DNA of 64,000 nt from Halorarum halobium (GCF_032116555.1 NZ_CP134949.1:2542001-2606000), one strand, 5' to 3'; shown: positions 19,141 to 30,049, counted from the stretch's first letter. Notes: generated by a model not told the origin, from the sequence alone. Numbers and translations are program-made.

Positions 19141-19977
19141 TCACTCGGGCGGGCCGTCCCACTCCTCGCCCGCGTCGCGGGGGTCGTAGCCCACGGTCTC
19201 GCGGGCGTACGCCAGGTCGTCGAGCCAGCGGCGCTCGTTCGCGCTCACCCCGTAGAAGTGGTCCCACTCGACCGACTCGTCCTGCAGACAGCAGTCGACC
19301 ATGTGGGCCACGTCGCGGCGGGACTGCCAGAGCCCCTTCAGGCGGGCGACCTGCTCGTCGTACGCCTCGCTGCCCCGCTCCCAGTCGCCCCGGTCGACGC
19401 CCCGTTCGGCGTCGCCGTACGGGTGGTCGTACTCGGGCGGCTTCACGGAGCCGAGCCGGAGCCCGTAGAACCTGATCCCGTGCGCTTGGGCGGCCAGCCT
19501 GCCCAGGTCCTCGCCGTAGCTCTTCGTCAGCCCGTAGCGGGAGTCGGGTCGGTGCGGTTCGTCGTGGCCGGCCAGCACCTCGCCGTCGTGATAGACGTCG
19601 GGGGCGTTCCGGACCTCGACCATCCCGACGGCGTGATTCGAGGAGGCGAACACGAGCGAGTCGAGGTCGGCGTCGACGGCGGTCTCGGTGACGTTGTGGA
19701 GCGCCTCGAGGTTGTCCGCGAGCGGCTCGGACCAGCCGAGTTCGCGTGACCACGCCCCGCCGGTGCCCGGAACCAGCGCGAGGTGGACCACGGCGTCCTT
19801 GCCCTCGAAGTGCGGGCGAACCTCGTCGTACTCGCGCACGTCGGCGACGACGGTCTCGCCGGGACCGTCGCCGGGTTCGACGTCGAGCAGCGTGAACTCG
19901 TAGCGCGCGTCGTCGCCGAGGTAGTCGGTGATGGCGGTGCCGACGACGCCGTGCGCGCCGGTGATGAGGACGTCCAT
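19141..19977 (-). CDS. NAD-dependent epimerase/dehydratase-family oxidoreductase (uronate dehydrogenase/Azf-like)
   Basis: TGAHGVVG, FASSNHAVG, PDSRYGLTK. Confidence 0.9.
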   Translation of the reverse strand: MDVLITGAHGVVGTAITDYLGDDARYEFTLLDVEPGDGPGETVVADVREYDEVRPHFEGKDAVVHLALVPGTGGAWSRELGWSEPLADNLEALHNVTETAVDADLDSLVFASSNHAVGMVEVRNAPDVYHDGEVLAGHDEPHRPDSRYGLTKSYGEDLGRLAAQAHGIRFYGLRLGSVKPPEYDHPYGDAERGVDRGDWERGSEAYDEQVARLKGLWQSRRDVAHMVDCCLQDESVEWDHFYGVSANERRWLDDLAYARETVGYDPRDAGEEWDGPPE

Positions 19978-20127
19978 AGGGGGTTCTGGACTCGGACGGG
20001 GTTAGTCTCTCGGGGGTGGAAGAGCTCCGAACCGGTGCCGTTCAGATCTACGATGGGGAGCAGCGCTGGGTTCGAAAGCCACCTGGCGATCGGTTCGAGG
20101 GTTGGTTCGGTCGTAATGACGATTGCC

Positions 20128-20250
20128 TCGAAAGCCCCCGGCTGGCTACGCTCTCGTGAACGGCACGGACCGACAAGCACCGCAAGGGGCGACCGAAGTG
20201 AGCGACGAGGAGCACGGCGGCCGCACCGAGTCGAGCGCCGCGGGGCTTGC
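20128..20250. repeat. Palindromic REP/MITE-like intergenic element (copy A)
   Basis: Ends aagcccc...ggggctt; internal core is the reverse complement of gctcacttcg..cgc....gtgcttg in the copy at 48927. Confidence 0.6.
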
Positions 20251-20343
20251 GCGGTCGTCACCACGAAACGGTCCTGACGGCCGTCAACCCGGCAAACCGC
20301 GAACCAACCGCAGATCCAAACTCGCCTCCGTCAACCCACACGA

Positions 20344-20799
20344 CTACTCGCGCTCGTACTCCTTCTTGAACCCGCGGAACTCCGTCCGGTGGGCCTCCTC
20401 GTCGGCGAGCACCGTCACGCCGAGGTCCTCGGTCACCGGGTCGTCCGCCTCCCTGGCGGCCTCGATGAGCGACTTGTACGTCGAGATGGCGTCCTCCTCG
20501 GCGTCGAGCACGCCGTTGATGACCGCGAGCACGTCCGTCGTGTCCGCGGGCGGCTGGAGGCTGTGCTGGTTGGCCGTGAACTCCGCCGACCCGGGGGGGC
20601 GCGCGTCGAGCTGTTTGAGACGCTGACCGATCCGTTCGGCGTGCCCGAGCTCCTCCTGGACGTCGGCCTTGAGGCTCTCCTTGATCTCCTCGGCGCTCAC
20701 GCCCTCGAGGACGATGGCGTTCGCCTGGTAGTTCATCACCGTCTCCATCTCGTCGCCGTACGCCTTCCGGAGCAGTTCGATGACGCGGTCGCTGGACAT
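20344..20799 (-). CDS. Ferritin-like (bacterioferritin/Dps-related) di-iron protein
   Basis: DEMETVMNY, EELGHAE, AEEDAISTY, DEEAH. Confidence 0.9.
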   Translation of the reverse strand: MSSDRVIELLRKAYGDEMETVMNYQANAIVLEGVSAEEIKESLKADVQEELGHAERIGQRLKQLDARPPGSAEFTANQHSLQPPADTTDVLAVINGVLDAEEDAISTYKSLIEAAREADDPVTEDLGVTVLADEEAHRTEFRGFKKEYERE

Positions 20800-20889
20800 G
20801 ACGGTTCGACGTTCGGCCGCGAAGGGGAAATAGCTACTCGCCGCGTGCGCCGGGGTGGCCCGTCCGCGACTCGGCGGAGCGCCCGCGAC

Positions 20890-21411
20890 TCAGCGGACCG
20901 TCCGCGAGCAGGTGCCACAGAGGTTCTCCTCCTTCACGTCGACCTCGCGCACCGTCGGGGAGAAGCTCATCACGCACTTGTTGTTGTCACAGTGTTCCAG
21001 CCCGAGCGTGTGGCCGATCTCGTGGACGATCTCCTTGCGGACGCGGTCCGAGAACACCTCGCCGGAGGGCTTCGAGGAGATGCCGCCGTCCGAGGAGGTC
21101 TGCAGTCGGTAGGTGGAGATGACCGAGCCGTTGCCGTTGAGGTAGGCGAGCCCGAACACGTAGTTGCGCCGCCGGTAGTAGAGGTCCTCCGAGGTGATGC
21201 CGATGTTCTTCTCGCCCTCGCCGACCCGGGAGACGAGCTCGATGAACTGCTCGGCCCGGTACTGGCTCCGGCTGCGGTCGTACGCGCCCTCGGGGATGGT
21301 CTGCTCGTCGTGTACGGACACCTCGCAGTCGTACACGGAACGGAGCGCCGCCGACGCCTCCCGCTTTTCCTCGGCGGAGACGTCCCCCACGGGCACGATG
21401 TCGACGAGCAT
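20890..21411 (-). CDS. Archaemetzincin Zn-metalloprotease
   Basis: HEIGHTLGLEHCDNNKCVMSFS...CGTC. Confidence 0.95.
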   Translation of the reverse strand: MLVDIVPVGDVSAEEKREASAALRSVYDCEVSVHDEQTIPEGAYDRSRSQYRAEQFIELVSRVGEGEKNIGITSEDLYYRRRNYVFGLAYLNGNGSVISTYRLQTSSDGGISSKPSGEVFSDRVRKEIVHEIGHTLGLEHCDNNKCVMSFSPTVREVDVKEENLCGTCSRTVR

Positions 21412-21451
21412 GAACTGGTTTATGCGTGGCCCCTCCATAAGTTTCCCGCCC

Positions 21452-21880
21452 GTGTCCGAGAGTCGCCGTCACGCCGTCGCCGAGTTCCTCGCCCGGTACG
21501 CGACGCTCTGTGAGGTCGGCGTCGGCCGCCGCCCGGAGGTCGCCGCCGACCTCGCCGAGCGCGGCCGAACGGTCACGGCGACCGACGTCGAGGAGCGGCC
21601 GGCCCCCGACGGCGTCCGGTTCGTCCGCGACGACGTGGTCGACGCCGCCGACCGCGCGGACCCCGGCGACCACTACCGCGCCGACGCGGTGTACGCGCTG
21701 AACCTCCCGCCGGAACTCCACCGGCCGATCCTCGCGGTCGCCCGCACGGTCGACGCCGATTGCCTGTTCACGACGCTCGGCGGCGACCCACCGACCGTCG
21801 ACGCCAGGCCGGTGACGCTCGCGGGGGGCGAGACGCTGTACGTCGCCCGCGAGCGCCACGGAGCGGCCGACCACGAGTGA
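21452..21880 (+). CDS. UPF0146-family protein
   Basis: EVGVG, FVRDDV, VYALNLPPELH, TTLGGD. Confidence 0.85.
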   Translation: MSESRRHAVAEFLARYATLCEVGVGRRPEVAADLAERGRTVTATDVEERPAPDGVRFVRDDVVDAADRADPGDHYRADAVYALNLPPELHRPILAVARTVDADCLFTTLGGDPPTVDARPVTLAGGETLYVARERHGAADHE

Positions 21881-21958
21881 CGATCCACCCGCCGAAGGGC
21901 AGCCGGCTACCGGACCCGAGTCGCAACGCACATACGCCGCGGCCGCGCCCCTTCCCCC

Positions 21959-22825
21959 ATGCGAGTTGACGCGGTCGTGCTCGACGTGGACGGCGTGCTC
22001 GTCGACGTCGCCGACTCCTACCGCCGGGCGGTCGTCGAGTCCGTCGAACGGCTCCACGGCGACACGCTGCCGAAGGCGGACCTCCAGGCGTTCAAGGACG
22101 CCGGCGGGTTCAACAACGACTGGCTGCTGTCGGACGCGGTCGCGCTGTACGTCCTCGCCCGCGAGCGGGGGCTGGCGGCCGACGTGGCCGAGTTCACCGA
22201 CCGGATCGCCGAGCGCGGCGGCGGGCTGGCGGGGGCGCGAGCCGTCGTCCGAAACGCGCTCGGCGACGAGGCGGCCGACGCGGTGGAGGCCGACCGGGAC
22301 CACGACCGACTGCGCGAGACGTTCCAGGCGCTCTACCTCGGCGGTGACCTGTACCGCGACATCGAGGGCGGCGAGCCGCCGTTCGAGGCGCGCGGGTTCA
22401 TCCACGACGAGCCGGTCATCCTGACGCCCGAAACCCTCGGCGCGCTCCGCGACGGGTACGACCTCGGCGTCGTCACCGGCCGGCCGCGGGACGAGGCCGA
22501 CATCGCGCTGGAGCGCGCCGGGGTGGCCCTCCCCGAGGAGCACCGGTTCACGATGGACGACTGGGATGAGGGGAAGCCCCACCCGCGAGCGCTCGTCACG
22601 CTCGCCGAACGGCTCGGGGCCGACCGGATCGCGTTCGTCGGCGACACGCTCGACGACGTGCGGACGGCCGTCAACGCCGCCGCGGCCGACGACGAGCGCG
22701 CCTACTTCGGCATCGGCGTCCTGACCGGCGGATTGACGGGCGAGGAGGGGCGGGCGAAGTACGCCGACGCGGGCGCGACCGCCGTCGTCGGGAGCGTGAA
22801 CGACCTGCCGGGGCTGCTGGAGTGA
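21959..22825 (+). CDS. HAD-superfamily hydrolase (TIGR01548-like)
   Basis: [33 protein letters not shown]. Confidence 0.92.
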   Translation: MRVDAVVLDVDGVLVDVADSYRRAVVESVERLHGDTLPKADLQAFKDAGGFNNDWLLSDAVALYVLARERGLAADVAEFTDRIAERGGGLAGARAVVRNALGDEAADAVEADRDHDRLRETFQALYLGGDLYRDIEGGEPPFEARGFIHDEPVILTPETLGALRDGYDLGVVTGRPRDEADIALERAGVALPEEHRFTMDDWDEGKPHPRALVTLAERLGADRIAFVGDTLDDVRTAVNAAAADDERAYFGIGVLTGGLTGEEGRAKYADAGATAVVGSVNDLPGLLE

Positions 22826-22826
22826 G

Positions 22827-23024
22827 ATGCGCCGAACGCGACTGCTGCAGTTCCTGACGTACGTCGCGCTGCTGGACGTGCTTGCGCTCGCGCTCGCAGC
22901 GCGGTTCGCACCGCCCGACCCGTTCACGCAACTCGTCGCGCTCGGTCCGATGCTGCTCGTCGCGCCCGTGCTCGCCTACTGGTTCGTGTACGTCCGCGGG
23001 CGGACCGAACCCGAGCGGGACTGA
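22827..23024 (+). CDS. Small membrane protein (PPDPFTQ motif)
   Basis: Two hydrophobic segments separated by APPDPFTQ; 1 nt after HAD stop. Confidence 0.75.
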   Translation: MRRTRLLQFLTYVALLDVLALALAARFAPPDPFTQLVALGPMLLVAPVLAYWFVYVRGRTEPERD

Positions 23025-23068
23025 TCGAAGCCGTCCGAGCGAGATCGACCGAAGCGGTCGGACCGTTT

Positions 23069-23581
23069 TCACGCCGCGTCGCGCCCGTCTTCGTCCGGCG
23101 CCTGCTCGTCCAGCGGGAGCAGCCGCGTGCGCCCGCCGGGATCGAAGACGGTCGGCTCCGCGCCGGCCTCGCGTGCCAGTCCGCGGAGCGCCCGAGCGAG
23201 TGCGACCGCCTCCGCGCGCTCGTCGTCCGACCGGAACGCGAGCCTGATCTCGTCCGGCCGGTTCGCGACCCTGAGGTGCAACGAGAAGCCCGTCGGCCGG
23301 ACGAACGGCGCGAGGCCCTCGATGTCCGCGTAGCGAACCCGAACCGTCTCGGGGTCGTGGGTCGCCTCGGTCCGGGAGACTGCGTGCGGGTCGTACAGAC
23401 CCAGCGACTCGGGAAGGTGCCCGAACAGCCCGTTGACCGCGCCGCCGGCGAACCGCGCGAGCCGGCCGTGCCGGGAGTGAGCGAGCAGGACGTCGTCGTC
23501 GCCGAGGAAGACTCTGCCCGGACGAGCGCTCTCGTCGGGAGTCGGGCGGAGGATGACGTCGAAGGCGTCGGGACCGTCCAT
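23069..23581 (-). CDS. Hypothetical protein
   Basis: 170-aa ORF filling the gap, ATG start, haloarchaeal-like codon use. Confidence 0.6.
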   Translation of the reverse strand: MDGPDAFDVILRPTPDESARPGRVFLGDDDVLLAHSRHGRLARFAGGAVNGLFGHLPESLGLYDPHAVSRTEATHDPETVRVRYADIEGLAPFVRPTGFSLHLRVANRPDEIRLAFRSDDERAEAVALARALRGLAREAGAEPTVFDPGGRTRLLPLDEQAPDEDGRDAA

Positions 23582-23798
23582 GGATCGGCGTGTTCCGCCG
23601 GTCGTATCAACGTGTCGTCGCGAGCGCGAGCGCGGCGGCGGTCATCGCGCCGGTCGACCGCGAGCGGCTCGACGACGGCGAGCGGTCCGCTGGCAGCTCT
23701 CCCGACGACGACGAGCGGCCCGCCGACGGCCCGGACCGATACCGACAGCGCTGTCCGGTCACGCAACGCTTACCGCCGGCCCCCACGCAGACCCGGGC

Positions 23799-24467
23799 AT
23801 GCGAATCGCGTTACTCGGCGGTACCGGCGACGTCGGCGAGGGGCTGGCCCTCCGCTGGGGGCTGGAAACGAACCACGAACTGCTCGTCGGCTCCCGCGAC
23901 CCGGAGAAAGCACGCGACGCGGCCGAGTCGTACGTCGGGACCGTCTCGGCGGCCGGCGGAGACGCGACCGTGAAGGGGTTCACCAACGGGATGGCCGCCG
24001 ACCGCGCGGACGTGGTCGTCCTCTCGGTCCCGCCGTACCACGTCTCGGACACGGTCGAGTCGGTCGCCGACGTGCTCGACGACGACGACGTGGTCGTCAC
24101 GCCCGCGGCGGGGATGAAACGGGACGACGACGGCTTCCACTATCACCCGCCGGGCGCGGGCAGCGTGACGGCGCTGGTCCGCGAGGCCGTGCCCGAGCAC
24201 GTTCCGGTCGTCGGCGCGTTCCACAACCTCGCGGCCGGTCGGCTGGCTGACCTGGAGGCCGACCTCGGCATCGACACGCTGGTCATCGGCGACGACGCGG
24301 ACGCGACCGCGACGGTCTCGCGGCTGGCCGAGGAGATCGAGGGGCTGCGGGCGCTCGATGCGGGCGGGCTGGCGAACGCCGCCGAGGTGGAGTCGCTGAC
24401 GCCGCTTCTGGTGAACGTGGCGACGAACAACGAGGGCATGCACGACCTGGGCGTTCGGTTCTCCTGA
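23799..24467 (+). CDS. npdG: NADPH-dependent F420 reductase
   Basis: MRIALLGGTGDVGEGLA, GSRDPEKA, VGAFHNL. Confidence 0.93.
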   Translation: MRIALLGGTGDVGEGLALRWGLETNHELLVGSRDPEKARDAAESYVGTVSAAGGDATVKGFTNGMAADRADVVVLSVPPYHVSDTVESVADVLDDDDVVVTPAAGMKRDDDGFHYHPPGAGSVTALVREAVPEHVPVVGAFHNLAAGRLADLEADLGIDTLVIGDDADATATVSRLAEEIEGLRALDAGGLANAAEVESLTPLLVNVATNNEGMHDLGVRFS

Positions 24468-24539
24468 ACCGCGTTTCGGGAGCGTCGGGTTCCGGGGCTC
24501 CGTGAGATTCGGGTTCAGTCACGTCGCAGGAAGAGCTCG

Positions 24540-24784
24540 GCAGTCCCGCCCCGTGGACGGTCGGGCCCGTCGCGTGGGCTCCCCACGCCTCCCCGGTGGG
24601 CGCGGCTCGCTCCTCGCGTCGCTCGCGTGTGCGCCCGCCGCATCCCGCCGACCGTCGGCCGGCCAGCGTCACGGTGGACTACCCGCGGCGTGTACGGGCG
24701 GTAGTCGGGCCGGCGTAGGCTCGGCCGGAAGACTGGCAGGGTTGGACTGGAAGGGACCGTCGGGAGTCACGGGGGCTTCCGAAG
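24540..24784. repeat. Palindromic REP/MITE-like element(s) (copy B) between convergent genes
   Basis: 24739-24780 reverse complement reads ggaagcccccg...cccttccagtccaaccc, the same ends as the copy at 48927; further GC stems at 24595-24637. Confidence 0.6.
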
Positions 24785-24864
24785 ACACGGAAGTGGCCGT
24801 CGTGCTCGAATCGACGTCCGGAAAGAGACGATCGAAAGACGGCGTTTACGCTCGAGCCAACTGC

Positions 24865-26391
24865 TCAGACGGACGATTCCAGTTCGTACAGCTCCCCGTA
24901 CTTGTCGGCGGCGTACGACGTGAAGTAGTCGGCCGTGAACTCCTCGCCGGTCGCGCGCTTCACGAGTTCGTTCGTCTCGTACTTCGCGCCGTGGCGGTGG
25001 ACGTTCTCGCGGAGCCAGTCCTGCAGGTCCTCGAAGTCGCCCTCGCGGATCTTCGACTCCAGGTCGTCGATCTCGTCGCTCGCGGCCTCGAACAGCTGCG
25101 TCGCCATCACGGAGCCGAGCGAGTACGTCGGGAAGTAGCCGAAGTTGCCGTGGCTCCAGTGGATGTCCTGCAGGCAGCCCTCGGCGTCCGTCTCGGGACG
25201 GATGCCGAGGTACTCCTCGTACTTGTCGTTCCACACCTCGGGCACCTCCGAGACGTCGAGTTCGCCCGCGATCAGGGCTCTCTCGATCTCGAACCGGATG
25301 ACGATGTGGAGGTGGTAGGTGAGTTCGTCCGCCTCGACGCGGATGAGGTTGTCCTCGTACACCTGGCTCGCCGATTCGTACGCCTCCTCGACCGACGCGT
25401 CGGTGTCCGGGAACTGTTCGCGGACGCTCGGCAAGATCTGCTCCCAGAACGCGCGCGACCGACCGACGTGGTTCTCCCAGAGGCGGCTCTGGCTCTCGTG
25501 GACCGACAGGTCGCGCGACTCGCCCAGCGGCGTCCCGAAGTGCTCCCGCGGGAGCCCGAGGTTGTAGTACGCGTGCCCGAACTCGTGGACCGTCGCCATC
25601 AGCGCGCCCAGCGGGTCGGCCTCGTCGAAGCGCGTCGTGACGCGGCAGTCGAACTGGTTCCCCGAGGTGAACGGGTGGCTGGAGACGTCGAGGCGCCCGC
25701 GGTCCCAGTCGTACCCGAGCGTCGAGAGCACGTCACGCGAGAGCGCCTCCTGGGCGTCGGTGTCGAACGTGCCCGTGAAGGCGTCGGTCGTCACGTCGGC
25801 GTCGCTTTCCCGGATCTCCTCGATCATCGGGACGAGCGTCTCCTTCAGGTCCGAGAGGATCTCCTCGGCCTGCGAGAGCGGGAGGCACGGCTCGTACTCC
25901 TCGAACAGCACCTCGTAGGCGTCCCGGTCGGGGTCGACGTGCTCGGCGTACTCGCGCTTGAGTTCGACGTGTTTCTCCAGGTACGGCGCGAACGTCTCGA
26001 AGTCGTCCTCCGCCTTCGCCTCCTCCCAGGCGGAGAGCGCTTCCGCGGACGTGCTCGAGATCTCCTCGACCAGGTCGCGGGGCACGGCGTCGGCGCGCTC
26101 GTACTTCCGTCGCGCCTCCCGGAGGACCGCCGCCCGTCCCTCGTCGAGATCGAGTTCCTCGCAGGCGTCGAGCAGGTCGCCGGTCCGCTCGTCGGTGAGC
26201 ATGTCGTGGCTCACCGACGAGAGCACCGAGAGCTGTTTCGACCGCGCGGGGGTGCCGCCCTCGGGCATCATCACCTGCTGGTCCCAGCCCAGCACGCCGC
26301 CCGCTCCCTCCACCGCGTTGACCCGTTCGAGCCTGTCCGTCAGTTCCGCGTAGGCGTCGGCCTCCCCGTCCGACGTCGCCTCTGTTGCCAT
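24865..26391 (-). CDS. Carboxypeptidase, M32 family
   Basis: HPF, HEFGH, HESQ, IRVEADE, GCLQDIHW. Confidence 0.96.
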   Translation of the reverse strand: MATEATSDGEADAYAELTDRLERVNAVEGAGGVLGWDQQVMMPEGGTPARSKQLSVLSSVSHDMLTDERTGDLLDACEELDLDEGRAAVLREARRKYERADAVPRDLVEEISSTSAEALSAWEEAKAEDDFETFAPYLEKHVELKREYAEHVDPDRDAYEVLFEEYEPCLPLSQAEEILSDLKETLVPMIEEIRESDADVTTDAFTGTFDTDAQEALSRDVLSTLGYDWDRGRLDVSSHPFTSGNQFDCRVTTRFDEADPLGALMATVHEFGHAYYNLGLPREHFGTPLGESRDLSVHESQSRLWENHVGRSRAFWEQILPSVREQFPDTDASVEEAYESASQVYEDNLIRVEADELTYHLHIVIRFEIERALIAGELDVSEVPEVWNDKYEEYLGIRPETDAEGCLQDIHWSHGNFGYFPTYSLGSVMATQLFEAASDEIDDLESKIREGDFEDLQDWLRENVHRHGAKYETNELVKRATGEEFTADYFTSYAADKYGELYELESSV

Positions 26392-26483
26392 CACGGGAAA
26401 ATCGCGTCCCGAGAGCCTTCAAACGTGCATTCCCGGACGGTCGATCGAACGGCTGCGAGCACGCCCGAGACGGTCGGTTCGGC

Positions 26484-27605
26484 CTAGTCGACGAACGCGG
26501 TTCCCGCCTCCGCGACGCCCCGGTAGATCCGGTAACACCGGGCGAGCACGTCGAGCGAGACGCTCTCGGTGTCGGTGTGGGCCTCGCCCGGTTCCGACGC
26601 GCCACAGACGACGCAGGCCGTCCCGGCGTCCGAGAGCCATCCGGCGTCGGTCGCGTGGGGTTTCGAGACGTGCTCCGGGTCGCCCGCCTGTGCGTCCCGC
26701 GCGGCCGCCAGCACGGCGTCCGCGAACGCGTCGTCCGAGCAGGCCATCGGCGGGAGGTCCTGGTCGACGCGCCACTCCACGCCCTCGATTCGCTCAGCGT
26801 CCTCGAGCGAGGCGTACTCGCCCGGCACCGTCCGCTCGTCGACGGTCACCTCGCACTCGTCCGGGATGACGTTCCAGGCGCTCCCGCCGTCGATCCCGGT
26901 GACGGCGACGCTTCCCCGGACCCGCTCGCCGAGCACCTCGACCTCCGGGAACTCGAGTTCCCGCACCACGTCGACCGCGTCGCAGGCGCGGTAGACGGCG
27001 TTGACGCCGTTCTCCGGGACGCTCGCGTGGGCGTTCTCGCCGCGTGCGACGAGCGTGCTCGCGCGCCGGCCCTTGTGCGCGATGACGACGTCCGTGACGC
27101 CCGTCTTCGAGTAGTTCGTCGAGCCCTCGGCGACGACGGCGTAGTCGGGAGCGAAGCCGTCGGCGATGGCGCCGCGTGCGCCGACGCCGCCGACCTCCTC
27201 GCCGACGAACGAGGCGAAGACGAGTTCGAAGCCGGACTCGAGGTCCGCGTCCCGGAACGCCAGCATCGCCGCGGCGACCGCCCCCTTCATGTCGGCGCTC
27301 CCGCGGCCGTACAGCCGTCCGTCGCGCTCCTCGACGGCGTAGTTGCCCTCGTCGTCGACCTGCGGTTCCCCCGGCGGGACGACGTCGTGGTGGCCGACCA
27401 GCGCGAGCGACGGTGCCGACTGGTCGCCGCGCCGGGCGATGACGTTGCCGTGCTCGTCGCGGGTCACGTCGGCGTCGGTCTCCGCGCGGAGCCAGTCCTC
27501 GATGGCGTCGCCGGCTGCGGTCTCGTCCTCGTGGCTCGGGATCGAGACGAGTTCGCGCGTCAGCGAACGCAGTTCCTCCTCGGTCCGTTCGGGGGGCGTC
27601 TCCAT
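26484..27605 (-). CDS. M20/ArgE-DapE family metallopeptidase
   Basis: GHHDVV, GRGSADMKG, GEEVG, AH. Confidence 0.93.
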   Translation of the reverse strand: METPPERTEEELRSLTRELVSIPSHEDETAAGDAIEDWLRAETDADVTRDEHGNVIARRGDQSAPSLALVGHHDVVPPGEPQVDDEGNYAVEERDGRLYGRGSADMKGAVAAAMLAFRDADLESGFELVFASFVGEEVGGVGARGAIADGFAPDYAVVAEGSTNYSKTGVTDVVIAHKGRRASTLVARGENAHASVPENGVNAVYRACDAVDVVRELEFPEVEVLGERVRGSVAVTGIDGGSAWNVIPDECEVTVDERTVPGEYASLEDAERIEGVEWRVDQDLPPMACSDDAFADAVLAAARDAQAGDPEHVSKPHATDAGWLSDAGTACVVCGASEPGEAHTDTESVSLDVLARCYRIYRGVAEAGTAFVD

Positions 27606-27696
27606 GTCTACGATCGGGTCCCGACGCGGCTTAATTCCGGTCCTCCCGACCCCGCGTGTGAGCACGCTTAAAGGGTTCCCGACCCGACGTAGTCGC

Positions 27697-29571
27697 ATGA
27701 ACGTCGTACCGGACACCAGCGCCGTCGTCGACGGCCGCGTGTCCGAACGCATCGAGGACGGCAGCTACGAGGGGGCGACCGTGTTCGTCCCGGAGGCCGT
27801 CGTCGCCGAACTGGAACGCCAGGCGAACGAGGGGCTCGACACCGGCTGGGACGGCATCGCCGAACTCCAGCGCATCGCGGAGGCGTCGAAGGCGGGGACC
27901 CTCCAGGCCGAGTTCGTCGGCCGGCGACCCTCCGCGGCCGAACAGGAGGGGGCCGGCGAGGGCGACGTCGACGCGCTCATCCGCGAACTCGCCCTCGAGC
28001 ACGACGCGACGCTCCTGACGAGCGACTACGTGCAGGCCGAGACGGGCGAGGCGACCGGCCTCGACGTGGAGTACGTCGAACCGCAGGTCCGCGGGCGCGA
28101 GGACGACGGGCTCGCCATCGAGTCGTTCTTCACCGACGAGACGATGTCGGTCCACCTGAAGACGGGGACCCGGCCGAAGGCCAAGCGGGGCACCATCGGC
28201 GAGATGCGCTACGAGTTCGTCGACGACGAGGTCGTCGGGGAGGAGCAGATGGCCGACTGGGCGAACGACGTGGAGGCGACCGCCCGCGCGTCCCCGCAGG
28301 GGTTCATCGAACTCTCCGAGCCGGGGATGACCATCGTCCAGTACCGCAACTACCGGGTCGCCGTCGCGCGCCCGCCGTTCTCGGACGGCATCGAGATCAC
28401 CGCCGTCCGGCCGATCGCCAAGACGACGCTCGACGACTACGAGTTCGCGGACGAACTCCGCGACCGGTTCCTCGAGCGCCAGCGCGGCGTCCTCATCGCG
28501 GGCGCGCCCGGCGCCGGCAAGTCGACGTTCGCGCAGGCGGTCGCGGAGTTCCTGAACGACAACGACTACGCGGTGAAGACGATGGAGAAGCCGCGCGACC
28601 TTCAGGTGTCCGAGGAGATCACCCAGTACACCGCGCTCGCGGGCGACATGGCCAAGACGGCCGACTCGCTGCTCCTGGTCCGCCCCGACTACACCATCTA
28701 CGACGAGGTGCGCAAGACCCACGACTTCGAGGTGTTCGCGGACATGCGCCTCGCGGGTGTCGGCCTGGTCGGCGTGACGCACGCCACCCGCGCCATCGAC
28801 GCGCTCCAGCGCCTCGTCGGCCGGGTCGAACTCGGGATGATCCCGCAGGTCGTCGACACCGTCGTCTTCATCGAGGCCGGCGAGGTCGACACCGTCTACG
28901 ACGTGACGACGGAGGTGAAGGTGCCCTCGGGGCTCACCGCCGAGGACCTCGCGCGGCCCGTCATCCAGGTCGTCGACTTCGAGACGGGCACGCCCGCCTA
29001 CGAGATCTACACGTTCAACCGCCAGGTCGTCACCGTCCCGCTCGGCGACGAGTCGGAGGCGGAGGCCGAGACGGGCGTCGGCCGCATCGCGAGACAGGAG
29101 ATCGAACGCGAGATCCGCTCGGTCGCGCGCGGCCACGTCGACGTGGAACTCCAGGGGCAGAACGACGCCGTCGTCTACGTCGACGAGGACGACATCAGCT
29201 ACGTCATCGGGAAGGGCGGCGGCCGCATCACCGACATCGAGAACCGCCTCGGCATCGACATCGACGTCCGGACCCACTCCGAGCGGCCGGCCGGGGCCGG
29301 CGGCGTCGAGGCCGCGAGCGGCGGGTCGGGCGGCGGGACGCCGAAACCGCAGGGCGAGATCGTCCAGCCCGAGATCACCAGCCGCCACGTGGTCATCCGC
29401 ATGGACGAGCACGTCGGCGAGACGGTCGAGGTGCGCGCGAACGGCGAGTACCTGTTCACGGCGACGGTCGGGCGCGGCGGCGACATCCAGGTGTCGCGCG
29501 GCTCGGCCATCGCCGAGGAACTCGAGGACGCCATCGACAGGAAGCAGACGGTAACGGTAGTGCCGGCCTGA
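27697..29571 (+). CDS. PIN-domain P-loop ATPase with KH domain (PINA-like)
   Basis: VPDTSAVVDG PIN start, GAPGAGKST, YDEVR, VIGKGG KH motif. Confidence 0.93.
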   Translation: MNVVPDTSAVVDGRVSERIEDGSYEGATVFVPEAVVAELERQANEGLDTGWDGIAELQRIAEASKAGTLQAEFVGRRPSAAEQEGAGEGDVDALIRELALEHDATLLTSDYVQAETGEATGLDVEYVEPQVRGREDDGLAIESFFTDETMSVHLKTGTRPKAKRGTIGEMRYEFVDDEVVGEEQMADWANDVEATARASPQGFIELSEPGMTIVQYRNYRVAVARPPFSDGIEITAVRPIAKTTLDDYEFADELRDRFLERQRGVLIAGAPGAGKSTFAQAVAEFLNDNDYAVKTMEKPRDLQVSEEITQYTALAGDMAKTADSLLLVRPDYTIYDEVRKTHDFEVFADMRLAGVGLVGVTHATRAIDALQRLVGRVELGMIPQVVDTVVFIEAGEVDTVYDVTTEVKVPSGLTAEDLARPVIQVVDFETGTPAYEIYTFNRQVVTVPLGDESEAEAETGVGRIARQEIEREIRSVARGHVDVELQGQNDAVVYVDEDDISYVIGKGGGRITDIENRLGIDIDVRTHSERPAGAGGVEAASGGSGGGTPKPQGEIVQPEITSRHVVIRMDEHVGETVEVRANGEYLFTATVGRGGDIQVSRGSAIAEELEDAIDRKQTVTVVPA

Positions 29572-29693
29572 GGCCGGCGGCGACGCCGCGCGGCGGCGCG
29601 ACGTCAGAGCACGGGTATCTCCACGGAGACAGCTCCGGTCCGCCGACGGCCATGGCGTCGGCGGACGGGAGTGGTGTCGTTGGGCGGGTCGGG

Positions 29694-29828
29694 CTACTCG
29701 CGTCCCACCTCCCGGGCCGAGCGGCTGCTCGACCCGAACGCGCCGGTCACCCACGTCGCTCCCACGGTGCGAGGTCGGGAACCGACGTCGCCGGATGAGC
29801 GGACGAACGTTTTCTTTTCATCGGACAT
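29694..29828 (-). CDS. Candidate 44-aa small ORF or sRNA with own promoter
   Basis: MSDEKKTFVRSSGDVG...; minus-strand gaaaaaccTTAT ~29 nt upstream. Confidence 0.3.
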   Translation of the reverse strand: MSDEKKTFVRSSGDVGSRPRTVGATWVTGAFGSSSRSAREVGRE

Positions 29829-30049
29829 TGCATCCGATTCGAGAAGGAAATGACGGATAAGGTTTTTCTATAGCCACCCTATTCGCCTTTAAGGTGTATG
29901 GATGGGCGACCTTGATACTCGGACGGTTCGCGCTCCGGCACGGGGTCGGCTTCGGAACGAACGGTCAGTTACGCGGTCGTCCGTTGGGGGCGGTCCGGGC
30001 GAGGCCGGGTGCTCGGACCGTCGGAGCCGGTGAGGGGGCGGGGCCCCGC

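Noticed and set aside
27697..29571. PIN-domain ATPase as a toxin or defence system
   Set aside because: Architecture matches the conserved archaeal PINA housekeeping ATPase; no antitoxin or defence context
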